A stretch of 64,000 nt of DNA. Origin: Longimicrobiales bacterium. Its GTDB lineage: Bacteria; Gemmatimonadota; Gemmatimonadetes; Longimicrobiales; Gaopeijiaceae. The stretch is taken from NCBI GenBank assembly GCA_965204735.1, contig OZ242008.1, forward strand, positions 1,568,001-1,632,000. The letters are read 5' to 3'. This document shows positions 29,051 to 38,597 of the stretch, piece by piece. The position numbers and the translations under genes were made by a program. The notes beneath the pieces are model-generated. The model did not search any database. It was not told where the DNA came from and saw nothing but the letters and a program-made list of their open reading frames with translations. Each line of letters opens with the position of its first letter. The stretch's first letter is position 1.

Positions 29051-30210
29051 CTTTCAGGGACAACCAACGGTTGGAAGTGGCGTTCAACGGGCTGCGCGGG
29101 GAGGCGGAGCATGGAGGGCAAGCCGAAGTGACAGCAGAAGACTTTGATCACGTGCTGGGGAGTTGCGTCGACGATCCACGGGAAGGCGACGACGAGGCCG
29201 GCACGCCCGATCCCGGATTGGTGATGAGCTACGCCGCGAACATGACGGTGGAGTCGTTGGTCGAGCGGCTGGACGGGGGCGACATCTTCATACCGTCCGT
29301 CGGTTCGGGCTGCGTCTGGTCCATGGCGCGGGCGTCCAGGCTCGTGGAGTCGTTGCTGCTCGGCCTCCCGGTGCCGAACATCTACCTGTTCCGAGAACAC
29401 GAGTCGGGCCGGCACATGGTCTTGGACGGCCGGCAGAGGTTGCTGGCCATGGAAGGCTTCCTTCACGGCAGCCTTTGCGGAAGCGACTTCCGCTTGACTG
29501 GCGTCTGCGAGGGGCTCATGGGGAAGAGCTACGCCGACATGCACCGCCTTGAGCAGCGGCAGCTCGACAAGGTGCTGATCACTGTGACGGTTGTGCATCA
29601 ACCGAAGTCCGAGGTCAGCCGAAGCCCGGTCCTGTCGGTGTTCGAGAGGCTGAACAAGGGTACGGGCGGGCTGTCTTCCCACGAGATGCGGGCGGCGGTG
29701 TACGAGGGGTCGCTGAACAGAGTGCTGTCGGAGCTGTCCGCAAGCCCATGCTGGCAGGAGGTCTACGGACGGGAGAACGACAGGATGGCCAGTCAGGAGC
29801 TGATCCTTCGGTTTCTCGCGCTGTTCTGGTCGCTTTCGGCCTACAGACGGCCGATGAAGCACTTTCTCGACACCTTCATGGAAGAACATCGGGACCTCGA
29901 TCGCCGGACGGAACTCCTGTTCCGGAAGTGCTTCGACAGGAGCGTCGCCACCGTCGCCGAAGCGCTTGAGCCGGACGCCCTCAGGCCGGAGGGCAGGATG
30001 AGCGTGCCGCTTGCCGACGCGGTATTGGTCGGCTTGGCACGCAGACGGGAACAGGGACCAATACGAGATCGAGAGGGACTGCGGGCGGCGCACCGGCGGC
30101 TGGTGTCGCGGCTGCGGAAGGAGCATCTGTGCAAGGGCGAAGCGACCGACGCCAGTCGGCTTGAAAAGCGAATCGCCATTGCGCAGGAAGAGTTCGGAGG
30201 CGTCGAGTGA
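29047..30210 (+). CDS. DUF262 paralog with degenerate motifs
   Basis: Colinear with the upstream gene; PSVGSGCVWS replaces FQR, DGRQR replaces DGQQR, FERLNKGT; ATGA overlap. Confidence 0.85.
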   Translation: MTFRDNQRLEVAFNGLRGEAEHGGQAEVTAEDFDHVLGSCVDDPREGDDEAGTPDPGLVMSYAANMTVESLVERLDGGDIFIPSVGSGCVWSMARASRLVESLLLGLPVPNIYLFREHESGRHMVLDGRQRLLAMEGFLHGSLCGSDFRLTGVCEGLMGKSYADMHRLEQRQLDKVLITVTVVHQPKSEVSRSPVLSVFERLNKGTGGLSSHEMRAAVYEGSLNRVLSELSASPCWQEVYGRENDRMASQELILRFLALFWSLSAYRRPMKHFLDTFMEEHRDLDRRTELLFRKCFDRSVATVAEALEPDALRPEGRMSVPLADAVLVGLARRREQGPIRDREGLRAAHRRLVSRLRKEHLCKGEATDASRLEKRIAIAQEEFGGVE

Positions 30211-30253
30211 GCATTCGAGCTGACCAAGAACCAGCACCTACCACGGAGAACCG

Positions 30254-33200
30254 ATGAGACACGACCACGCCAGCCTCCTTCCGACGGGGCTTCTGGCAGC
30301 GGCTGCGCTCCTGCCACTCCCGCTTCTCGCCCAGTCCCCGCCCCAGCCCGCCCCCGCCGACTTCGCCCCCATGACGGCCCGGAGCATCGGGCCGGCGGGC
30401 ATGAGCGGGCGCGTCTCGGACGTGGCCGTCAACCTCCAGGACCCGACGACGATCTACGTGGGCGCGGCCACCGGCGGCGTGTGGCGTTCCCGCGACGGAG
30501 GGCTCACCTGGCGCCCGGTGTTCGACGAGCAGCCGGTGCTGGGGATCGGCGCAGTGGCGGTCTCGGCCTCCAACCCGGACGTGGTGTGGGCGGGAACCGG
30601 GGAAGGGAACCCGCGCAACTCGGCGGGCGTCGGCAACGGCGTCTACCGGAGCCTCGACGGGGGCGACACCTGGCGGCACATGGGGCTGGAACGGTCGGAG
30701 CGCATCCACCGCATCGTCGTGCACCCCGACGACCCGCGCACGGTGTACGTCGGCGCCATGGGACCGGCGTGGAGCGACGGGGAGGAGCGCGGCGTCTACA
30801 AGACCACCGACGGCGGCGAGAGCTGGGAGCGCGTGCTGTACATGGACCAGGGCACGGGGATCGGGGACCTGGTGATGGACCCGGCGAACCCCGACAAGCT
30901 CTTTGCGGCGATGTGGTCGTTTCGGCGCTGGCCGTGGTTCTTCCGTTCGGGCGGATCGGGAAGCGGGCTCTTCGTCACCCACGACGGCGGCGCAAGCTGG
31001 AAGCGCCTGGGGCCGGAGGACGGGCTGCCGCCGGGCGAGCTGGGGCGGATCGGCGTCGCGGTCTCGCGCTCGAACCCGGACGTGGCGTACGCGCTGGTGG
31101 AAGCCGAACGGAGCGAGCTCCTGCGCTCCGACGACGGGGGCGCCCGCTGGCGGACAGTCAGCGACCGACGGGGCATCGCGCCCAGACCCTTCTACTACGC
31201 CGACCTGCGGGTCGACCCGACCAACGAGAACCGGCTCTACAGCCTTCACAGCGCGATTCAGGTGAGCGAGGACGCGGGGCGCACGTTCCGCACGGTGGTG
31301 CCCAGCCAGACGATCCACGGGGACGTGCACGAGCTCTGGATGCACCCCGACGACAGCCGCTTCATGATCCTGGGCGAGGACGGCGGGATCGCCTTCACCT
31401 ACGACCGCGGCGACAACTGGCGCTTCGTCGAGAACTTGCCGCTGGCCCAGTTCTACCATGTCGCCGTGGACATGGACACGCCCTTCAACGTCTACGGCGG
31501 CCTGCAGGACAACGGCTCCTGGTTCGGTCCCATGACGGTGTGGGCCCAGCGGGGGATCATGAACCTGCACTGGACCCGCGTCGGCAGCGGCGACGGCTTC
31601 GCCACCATGACCGACTTCGGCGACGGCCGCTTCGGCTATTCCCTTGCCCAGGGCGGCCGCCTGGTGCGCTTCGACAAGACGACGGGCAACCGACGTGACG
31701 TCACCCCCGTGCACCCGGACGGCGAGACCCTGCGCTTCAGCTGGAACGCGGCGCTCGCCGTCGATCCCTTCGACTCCACCACGATCTACCTGGGCTCCCA
31801 GTTCGTGCACCGCTCGCGGGACCGGGGCGCCTCGTGGGAGATCGTCTCGCCCGACCTGACCACCAACGACCCCGAGAAGCAGCGCCACGCCGAGAGCGGC
31901 GGCCTCACCATCGACGCCTCCGGCGCGGAAGCCCACACGACGATCTTGAGCATCGCCCCCAGTCCCGTGGAGCGGGGTCTGATCTGGGTCGCCACCGACG
32001 ACGGCGCCGTGCAGCTCACGCGCAACGACGGCGCCGACTGGACCAGCGTGGGCGATCGGGTTCCCGGCGTGCCCCTGGCGACCTGGGCGCCCCACGTGGA
32101 GCCGTCCAAGCACGACCCGGCCGCCGCCTACGTGGTCTACGACGACCATCGACGCGGCAACTGGACGCCCTACGCCTACCGCACGGAGGACTACGGACAG
32201 AGCTGGGAGGCGCTGGGCGTGGGAGACGGCGGCGTGGGCCGGGCCGGCGGCATCGGCGTTCACGAAGAGGCCGGCGGCGGCGTGTGGGGCTTCGTCCACG
32301 TGATCGAGGAGGACCCGGTGGAGCCCAACCTGCTCTTCCTCGGCACCGAGTTCGGCCTGTACGTGAGCTTGGACCGGGGCGCGTCGTGGATGGAGTGGCG
32401 GAACGGGCTTCCCCCGGCGCCGGTCCGAGGGCTGGTGGTTCACCCCCGCGACCACGACCTGGTGGTGGCGACCCACGGCCGCGCAGCCTACGTGATCGAC
32501 GACGTGCGTCCCCTCCGGGCGCTGGCCGCCGACCCCTCGGCCGCCGGCGACACGCTGCGGGTCTTCCCGCCCGCTCCCGCCGTCCAGTACGTGGAGGCCG
32601 AGGCCCAGGGCTACCGCTCGACGGGCCACGCCATGTTCATGGGCGACAGAAGACCCTACGGCGCGCTCCTCCACTACTGGATGGGCGACGGATCGCCCGC
32701 CCCAGCCCTGGCCGACTCGACCGCGACCGCCCGAGCCGACGCCCCGGACCGCTCCGACCCCTCGGCAGGCGACGGCGCCCCGGCAGGCAACGGCGCCCAG
32801 GCAGGCAACGGCACCCAGGCAGGCAACGGCACCCCGGACGACTCCAGCCCCTCGGCAAGCGCCCAAGTCACGATCCTGGACGACGCCGGCGAGGTGGTCC
32901 GCACCCTCTCCGGCACCGCCGACCGAGGCCTCAACCGGGTCGTTTGGGACTTGCGCATGGCCCTTCCGAGCGACGACGGCGAAGGCGGCCCCGCGGGTCC
33001 GTGGGTCCTGCCCGGTCGCTACGCCGTTCGCGTCGAGGCGGCAGGCCATCTCGCCGAAGGCAGCGTCCAGGTCGTCGGCGACCCCCGCCTGGAGATCTCC
33101 GTCGCCGACCGCCGAGCGCGCATCGCCGTCCAGCTGGAGGCCGCCCGATGGACGTCGGACGCCGCCCGGGCAAGCGACCGGCTCGACGACGTGATCGAAG

Positions 33201-33562
33201 CCGTGGACCAAGTGCTGGCCTCGCTGCCTGCCGAGGATGAGTCCTCGTCCGCGCTGCGCCAGCAGGGCAGGGAGCTCCTCGACGAGCTGACGGTGCTCGA
33301 CGAGCGTCTCTTCACCGGTCCCGACTGCCAGGGCGGCTGCGGCCGAAACACGGTGGCCGGCCGCGTGCGCGCCCCCCTGCGCAAGCTGAACAGCGCCCTG
33401 GGCGCCCCGACCCCCACCGACCGCTTGGCCATGGCCCACGCCGAAGCCGCCCTGGAGGAGCTCCTGGACGCGGTCGCCGTCGCAATGGCCGGCCCCGTGG
33501 AGGCGTTCCGGCAGGCCCTCGTGGCCGCAGGCTACACGCCGTTGCCGCCGGCGGGGAGCTGA
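30254..33562 (+). CDS. Secreted BNR/Asp-box (sortilin/VPS10-like) beta-propeller glycosyl hydrolase-like protein
   Basis: Signal peptide, RSIGPAGMSGR, many SxDGGxTW Asp-boxes, YGGLQDNG, SPDLTTND, ATHGR. Confidence 0.88.
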   Translation: MRHDHASLLPTGLLAAAALLPLPLLAQSPPQPAPADFAPMTARSIGPAGMSGRVSDVAVNLQDPTTIYVGAATGGVWRSRDGGLTWRPVFDEQPVLGIGAVAVSASNPDVVWAGTGEGNPRNSAGVGNGVYRSLDGGDTWRHMGLERSERIHRIVVHPDDPRTVYVGAMGPAWSDGEERGVYKTTDGGESWERVLYMDQGTGIGDLVMDPANPDKLFAAMWSFRRWPWFFRSGGSGSGLFVTHDGGASWKRLGPEDGLPPGELGRIGVAVSRSNPDVAYALVEAERSELLRSDDGGARWRTVSDRRGIAPRPFYYADLRVDPTNENRLYSLHSAIQVSEDAGRTFRTVVPSQTIHGDVHELWMHPDDSRFMILGEDGGIAFTYDRGDNWRFVENLPLAQFYHVAVDMDTPFNVYGGLQDNGSWFGPMTVWAQRGIMNLHWTRVGSGDGFATMTDFGDGRFGYSLAQGGRLVRFDKTTGNRRDVTPVHPDGETLRFSWNAALAVDPFDSTTIYLGSQFVHRSRDRGASWEIVSPDLTTNDPEKQRHAESGGLTIDASGAEAHTTILSIAPSPVERGLIWVATDDGAVQLTRNDGADWTSVGDRVPGVPLATWAPHVEPSKHDPAAAYVVYDDHRRGNWTPYAYRTEDYGQSWEALGVGDGGVGRAGGIGVHEEAGGGVWGFVHVIEEDPVEPNLLFLGTEFGLYVSLDRGASWMEWRNGLPPAPVRGLVVHPRDHDLVVATHGRAAYVIDDVRPLRALAADPSAAGDTLRVFPPAPAVQYVEAEAQGYRSTGHAMFMGDRRPYGALLHYWMGDGSPAPALADSTATARADAPDRSDPSAGDGAPAGNGAQAGNGTQAGNGTPDDSSPSASAQVTILDDAGEVVRTLSGTADRGLNRVVWDLRMALPSDDGEGGPAGPWVLPGRYAVRVEAAGHLAEGSVQVVGDPRLEISVADRRARIAVQLEAARWTSDAARASDRLDDVIEAVDQVLASLPAEDESSSALRQQGRELLDELTVLDERLFTGPDCQGGCGRNTVAGRVRAPLRKLNSALGAPTPTDRLAMAHAEAALEELLDAVAVAMAGPVEAFRQALVAAGYTPLPPAGS

Positions 33563-33606
33563 GCGAATCCTTCGCACCACGCTTCGGCTTGCCCGGAAGT
33601 AGCGGG

Positions 33607-35550
33607 ATGAAAGCAGACATCCAGCTCAATTCGAATCAGCGCAGGGCCGTGGAGTGGGACGAGGGCCCCATGCTGGTCCTGGCGGGACCTGGGTCGGGGA
33701 AGACCCTTGTACTGACCAGACGCATCGCTCGGTTGATACAAGAGAGTCCTCAGCGGCGCTTCGGAGTGCTCGGATTGACGTTCACGGCACAGGCGGCCGA
33801 CGAGATGCGTGTTCGCGTGGCCCAGATGCTCGGTCGCGAGGACCGCAGAGCCCGCCTGTCCACCTTCCATTCCTTCGCCGCGAGAGTACTGCGCCAGCAC
33901 GGCAGCCACTTGGGCCTGCGTCCGAACTTTCGGCTGCTGGCCGATCCAGACCGTGTTGGAGCACTCTCCAAGGTCGCACGGACCCATGGCATCCGGGAGA
34001 TGCCCGGCAGCGACTACGGTCTGCGTCGCATCCTCGAGACAATCGACCATCTTTACCGAGAGGCTTGCGACTGGGAAGAGGCCGTCGACCGGTTTCCGTT
34101 GCGGGGGTCCGCCAAGGATTGGGCCGCCCCGATCTACTCTGCGTACGTAGACTCTCTGGTGCGCAACAACCACCTCGACGTCGGCGCCCTTCTCGTCTGC
34201 TGCATCCGGCTCTTCCGGAAACGCCCGCAGATCGCCGAGTTCTATCGCAAGGTGTATCCGTTTGCATGCGTGGACGAATACCAAGATACGAATCGGGCGC
34301 AGGACCTGCTCCTTAGGCTCGTTTATGGAGATCAACGATCCAACTTGTTTGTCGTTGCAGACGACGACCAAACGATATTCCAGTGGAACGGCGCCGAGTC
34401 GGGGCGCGTTTGGGATCTGGCGCAGCGCTACCGAATGAAGGTGATTCAGCTGCCGGAAAGCTACCGATGTCCACCCCAAGTAGTCGATGTGGCAAACAGC
34501 CTGATTCGTGGCTACTCGCAACCGCGTGCGCAGCAAATGATCGTCAAGGAGCCCATGGCGGCGTCGCGTGCGCGCAGCCAGCCCGGCACCGTGGTGGCAA
34601 GACGGTTCAGCGATCACGAAGACGAGACGGCTTGGATAGCCCAGGACATTTCGAATCGGTCTTCGAATCCAGGAAGCTGCGTGGTGCTGGCACGGTACGC
34701 GACGCTGGCGAGGACCGCTGCCGAAGCGCTGACCAATGCCGGGGTGGATTCGTACCTGGGCAGCCGAAAGGACGAATTCGTGTCTGCGCGAGTCGGGTTC
34801 GGTCACGCCGCGCTGAAGTTGGCGAACGCGCCCAACGACGGCGGGCAGCTGTCGCGACTGTGCAACGCGTTCGCGGTCCTGACCGGGGAACGGGTTCGCT
34901 CGGGCGAGGCGGAAGCCGCAAGCAGCCTCCAGGGCGGTTCGCTGCTGGGCGGATTCGTCGAGGCGGCCGCCACCGGCGCCGGCGCGTCGGGAAGGTCGAT
35001 CCTGCGGCTTCTGCGGGGGAGTCTTGTCGACGCCTTGGACTACCGGGCCTTCGTAGACGCAGTGTTCCAATGGAAGCCCCACGAAGCAGACTCCGTCGCG
35101 GGAGTCCTGGACACGGCTGAAGAAGAAGAGGAGCGGCGCGTGTGGAGGGCGATCGAGCGGAAGGCCCAGGCGAGACTCGGCACGACGCCGACGCTCGGTC
35201 AACTGATCTACGAATTCGACGTGCGCTCCAAGACGCCCCCGCCAACCGACGAGCAGGTTCAGTGCCTGACGGTCCACGGCGCGAAGGGCAAGGAGTTCAA
35301 GCACGTCTACGTCGTGGGCCTTGCGGAAGGCGTGCTGCCTTCGTACCAGGCGACGAGACTCGACGGCGACTCGGTCGCGGGCCGACGCGCCATGGACGAA
35401 GAACGCAGAATCTGCTTCGTGGCGGTCACCAGAGCCAGAGCGAGTGCCACCTTGACCTACGCCGACACCTACTTCGGTCGGCGGAAGAAGCCCTCGCGGT
35501 TCCTGACGGAGATGGGGGCTGGTCGGCAACTCTGGCGCAGCTTATTGTGA
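33607..35550 (+). CDS. UvrD/Rep superfamily 1 helicase
   Basis: LAGPGSGKT, LTFT, TFHSF, VDEYQD, ADDDQTIFQWNGA, SYRCP, TVHGAKGKEF, EERRICFVAVTRA. Confidence 0.93.
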   Translation: MKADIQLNSNQRRAVEWDEGPMLVLAGPGSGKTLVLTRRIARLIQESPQRRFGVLGLTFTAQAADEMRVRVAQMLGREDRRARLSTFHSFAARVLRQHGSHLGLRPNFRLLADPDRVGALSKVARTHGIREMPGSDYGLRRILETIDHLYREACDWEEAVDRFPLRGSAKDWAAPIYSAYVDSLVRNNHLDVGALLVCCIRLFRKRPQIAEFYRKVYPFACVDEYQDTNRAQDLLLRLVYGDQRSNLFVVADDDQTIFQWNGAESGRVWDLAQRYRMKVIQLPESYRCPPQVVDVANSLIRGYSQPRAQQMIVKEPMAASRARSQPGTVVARRFSDHEDETAWIAQDISNRSSNPGSCVVLARYATLARTAAEALTNAGVDSYLGSRKDEFVSARVGFGHAALKLANAPNDGGQLSRLCNAFAVLTGERVRSGEAEAASSLQGGSLLGGFVEAAATGAGASGRSILRLLRGSLVDALDYRAFVDAVFQWKPHEADSVAGVLDTAEEEEERRVWRAIERKAQARLGTTPTLGQLIYEFDVRSKTPPPTDEQVQCLTVHGAKGKEFKHVYVVGLAEGVLPSYQATRLDGDSVAGRRAMDEERRICFVAVTRARASATLTYADTYFGRRKKPSRFLTEMGAGRQLWRSLL

Positions 35551-35622
35551 TATAGGCGCGAATCGGAAATAATCGGACCTGTTATTCAAGTCAGCGACAA
35601 TAGCAGAGGGAGACCGGATCCA

Positions 35623-36795
35623 GTGGAGCGAGGCGCGACCGGCCAGTACGAGACCACGGTGGCCGCGGGCGAGCGCGTCCGCGCCTTCGTGCCAGCGCCG
35701 CTGCCTCCCCGGCCCCGCCTGGACCTGCGGGGGCCGCTCGAACGGCGGCTGGAGTCCGCAAGCCTCGCGCTCGGTCGGCTGGACAGCGTCTCGGCCGTCC
35801 TCGCCCACGCCGACAACTTGGTCTACTCGTACGTCCGCAAGGAAGCCGTGCTCTCTTCGCAGATCGAGGGGATCCGGTCTTCGCTTTCCGATCTCCTGTT
35901 CTTCGAGAGGGGAGGCGCGGTCCGATTCTCCCGCGACGACGTGGAAGAGGTCGCCACCTGCGTCGCGGCCACCGACCACGGCCTTCGCCGGCTTGCGGGC
36001 GGCCTTCCTCTGTCCAACCGCTTGATCCGGGAAGTGCACGGCGTCCTCTTCTCGCATGAGCGAGGTGCCGGAGCGACCCCCGGCGAGTTTCGGCGCTCCC
36101 AGAACTGGCTCGGCGGCTACAGGCCCGGCGCCGCCGTCTTCGTGCCGCCGCCCCACACCAAGGTGCGGGAGTGCATGGCGGACCTGGAGCGCTTCCTTCA
36201 CGACGATGCGGACGGGCTGCCCAAGCTGGTCAAGGCCGGGCTCGCCCACGTCCAGTTCGAGACCATTCACCCATTTCTGGACGGCAACGGTCGCGTCGGA
36301 CGCCTCCTCGTCACGCTCTTCCTCATCAATGCCGGCGTGCTGCAGCAGCCGCTCTTGTTCCCGAGCCTCTTCCTGAAGCGCCACCGGCAGGAGTACTACA
36401 GGTTGCTCGACCAAGTGCGGCGGACGGGCGACTGGGAGGCGTGGCTGGCGTTCTTCCTCGAAGGAGTGGAATCCACCGCGGAAGGTGCGGTCGCGACCGC
36501 CCAGGAACTCGTTCGGGTTTTTCGGCACGACCAGGAACGAATCGACGCCGAGGCTGGACGCAAGGCGTCGTCGGCGCGGCGGGTGCACGGAGCGCTCCAG
36601 GCGCGGGTCGTCGTTTCTCTCGGCGAAGCGGCGCGCCGCACCGGTCTGACGTTCCAAACGGTCTCGCGGGCAATGGACCTGCTGGTCGACTATGGCATCG
36701 CGCGGGAAGTCACCGGGGGTTCGCGCAACCGTCTGTACGCCTACCAAGAGTACTTGGCAGTCCTCGACAGGGGAGTTGAAGGGCCGCCGGGCTGA
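35623..36795 (+). CDS. Fic family protein (N-terminal inhibitory motif, C-terminal HTH)
   Basis: EAVLSSQIEG, PGEFRRSQNW, HPFLDGNGRVGR. Confidence 0.93.
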   Translation: MERGATGQYETTVAAGERVRAFVPAPLPPRPRLDLRGPLERRLESASLALGRLDSVSAVLAHADNLVYSYVRKEAVLSSQIEGIRSSLSDLLFFERGGAVRFSRDDVEEVATCVAATDHGLRRLAGGLPLSNRLIREVHGVLFSHERGAGATPGEFRRSQNWLGGYRPGAAVFVPPPHTKVRECMADLERFLHDDADGLPKLVKAGLAHVQFETIHPFLDGNGRVGRLLVTLFLINAGVLQQPLLFPSLFLKRHRQEYYRLLDQVRRTGDWEAWLAFFLEGVESTAEGAVATAQELVRVFRHDQERIDAEAGRKASSARRVHGALQARVVVSLGEAARRTGLTFQTVSRAMDLLVDYGIAREVTGGSRNRLYAYQEYLAVLDRGVEGPPG

Positions 36796-36849
36796 ACGCT
36801 TGCCGGACGGGACGACCGACGGAGGACGAGCGAGCCGCCGCTTGTCGAA

Positions 36850-38340
36850 CTACAGCTGCTTGTGGACCACCGCCAGCCCCTCGATCACAGCCTGGTCGAA
36901 CCACTCCACGAAGCGGTCGGCCACTGCTTCCTCTTCTTCCTTGTAGTTGACCTGAAACGACTCCTCCGTAAGCGGAACGATGTTGCTTGCGGGGTAGACG
37001 TAGTCCCCCTCCAGGTCCTTCTCGTAGATGCAGACCGAGCCAACCAGCACGCCCCTGTACTCCTGACCGAGCCCGTGAAGCGAAAAGAGAACCTCGAACC
37101 GTGCTTCGGTCTCCATGACCAATCGCGCCCAAGCGTGGTAGGAGCTCATGCCGGCGAAGTACCCCAGCCCCTTGGCCGCTTCGACGACCTGGTAGCGGAA
37201 CCAGTGCGACTTCTCGTCGCCTGCCCTGTTGCGGTCGGCAAAGAACTTGAACGGTCGGCCCGGCGGCGCCGACGGACCCAGCGCCGACTCCAGCTGCTTC
37301 GCGAGTTCGTTCAGCTTGTTCGCCGCAATGTCCTGAAGCGGCTCGGCCAACTCCTTGGCCCGGTCCCACTCGCTCGCCAGTTCCGTCCGCCGTCTCTCGA
37401 AGGTGTCGCGCATGGCGGCGATCAAGGCGTCCTTGCTGGACGCGTCCTGCCTTGCCTGGGCGGCGGCGCCCAACGCGTCCACGAACGCCTTCTTCTCGAC
37501 CTGGGCGAACAGGCGGACGAGCGGTCGCAAGTCGCCCCCGTCCGCAGCCTTCAAGGCGTCGATGTAGACGTCTCGCTGGTCGTCCGTGATCACCAGAGGG
37601 AACCATTCGGCCTTCAGCAGCACAAGCGTCGCCAGCGCCCGAGCCACCCGGCCGTTGCCGTCCTGGAACGGATGGATCTGGGCGAACCGGTGGTGCAGCC
37701 AGGCGGCCTGGACTTCGGGAGCCACGTCGTCCGCCTCGTGGCGGCGGTGCATCTCGATCAACCGGTCCATCTCCGAGGCCACCTGCTCGGGCGGACAGTA
37801 CTCGTGCACCCTTCCGTCGGTCTCTCGCGGGCTGTTGGGCCGCTCCTTGTAGGCGCCCCTTCGGAGCGGAACCTTGACTTGGCGACCCATGGAGTCGATG
37901 GCGTCCACAGTGCCCTGGTGCTCCGTAAGCACGGCGTGCAGCTCCTTGACGTACGACGTTCCCAGCTCCCGACTCGACGCCACGAAGTCGAAGAGTCCGG
38001 TCACCGCGTCGTGCTGGTCGCGGATCACTTGAATGACGTGTTCCGGATCTCCATTGGTCGACCTGTGCGAGATCAAGCTGGCGTACAATCCCCTTTCCAC
38101 CAGCAGCTCCGTAATCCCGCGGTCCAGCGTGTACAAGCGCTCGATGAGTCCCGTCTCGACGGCCCATCGCCGCAGCAGCCGCTTGTTGAACTCCTTGACG
38201 GCGTCGGAGGCCTCGAGCTCGGCCTTCTGCTCCAGCCACACGGGGCGCAAGGCTTGCAGATCGTTTCGCGCCAGTTCCTCGTGGCCGGCGGGAAGATCGG
38301 CGATGGGGCTCCATCGGTGCGCGAGTTCGGAGTGCGGCAT
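36850..38340 (-). CDS. Fic family protein with uncharacterised C-terminal domain
   Basis: ATG at 38340; WAVETGLIER, HPFQDGNGRVAR. Confidence 0.9.
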   Translation of the reverse strand: MPHSELAHRWSPIADLPAGHEELARNDLQALRPVWLEQKAELEASDAVKEFNKRLLRRWAVETGLIERLYTLDRGITELLVERGLYASLISHRSTNGDPEHVIQVIRDQHDAVTGLFDFVASSRELGTSYVKELHAVLTEHQGTVDAIDSMGRQVKVPLRRGAYKERPNSPRETDGRVHEYCPPEQVASEMDRLIEMHRRHEADDVAPEVQAAWLHHRFAQIHPFQDGNGRVARALATLVLLKAEWFPLVITDDQRDVYIDALKAADGGDLRPLVRLFAQVEKKAFVDALGAAAQARQDASSKDALIAAMRDTFERRRTELASEWDRAKELAEPLQDIAANKLNELAKQLESALGPSAPPGRPFKFFADRNRAGDEKSHWFRYQVVEAAKGLGYFAGMSSYHAWARLVMETEARFEVLFSLHGLGQEYRGVLVGSVCIYEKDLEGDYVYPASNIVPLTEESFQVNYKEEEEAVADRFVEWFDQAVIEGLAVVHKQL

Positions 38341-38454
38341 CGGTTGTCTTCTCCATGAGGACAGGTCGCTCGCCAGGCAACGACCCCTCAATATATCGCA
38401 CGGCGCCCGCCCCCGTTGAGCCCGATGCGACGCTACAATGGGAGCAAGCGCGAA

Positions 38455-38597
38455 CCTGCCAAAACGGCAGACCTCGGAGCCCCGCCACGACGAAGCCTGC
38501 CAAAATGGCAGGGACCTCGGAGCCCGCCACGACGAAAACCTGCCAAAATGGCAGACATGGGAAGCGACACCCGATGAAGAACCTGCCAAAACGGCAG
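38455..38597. repeat. Four palindromic CCTGCCAAAAYGGCAG repeats at 41-43 bp period
   Basis: Copies at 38455, 38496, 38539 and 38582. Confidence 0.9.

Noticed and set aside
22097..30210. Integron cassette array
   Set aside because: Genes lie in both orientations, no attC-like sites were recognised and there is no integron integrase.
33607..35550. Gabija system
   Set aside because: No adjacent OLD/TOPRIM ATPase-nuclease (GajA).
38455..38597. CRISPR array call
   Set aside because: The repeat core is only 16 bp and the spacers are related to each other; kept as a tandem palindrome array.
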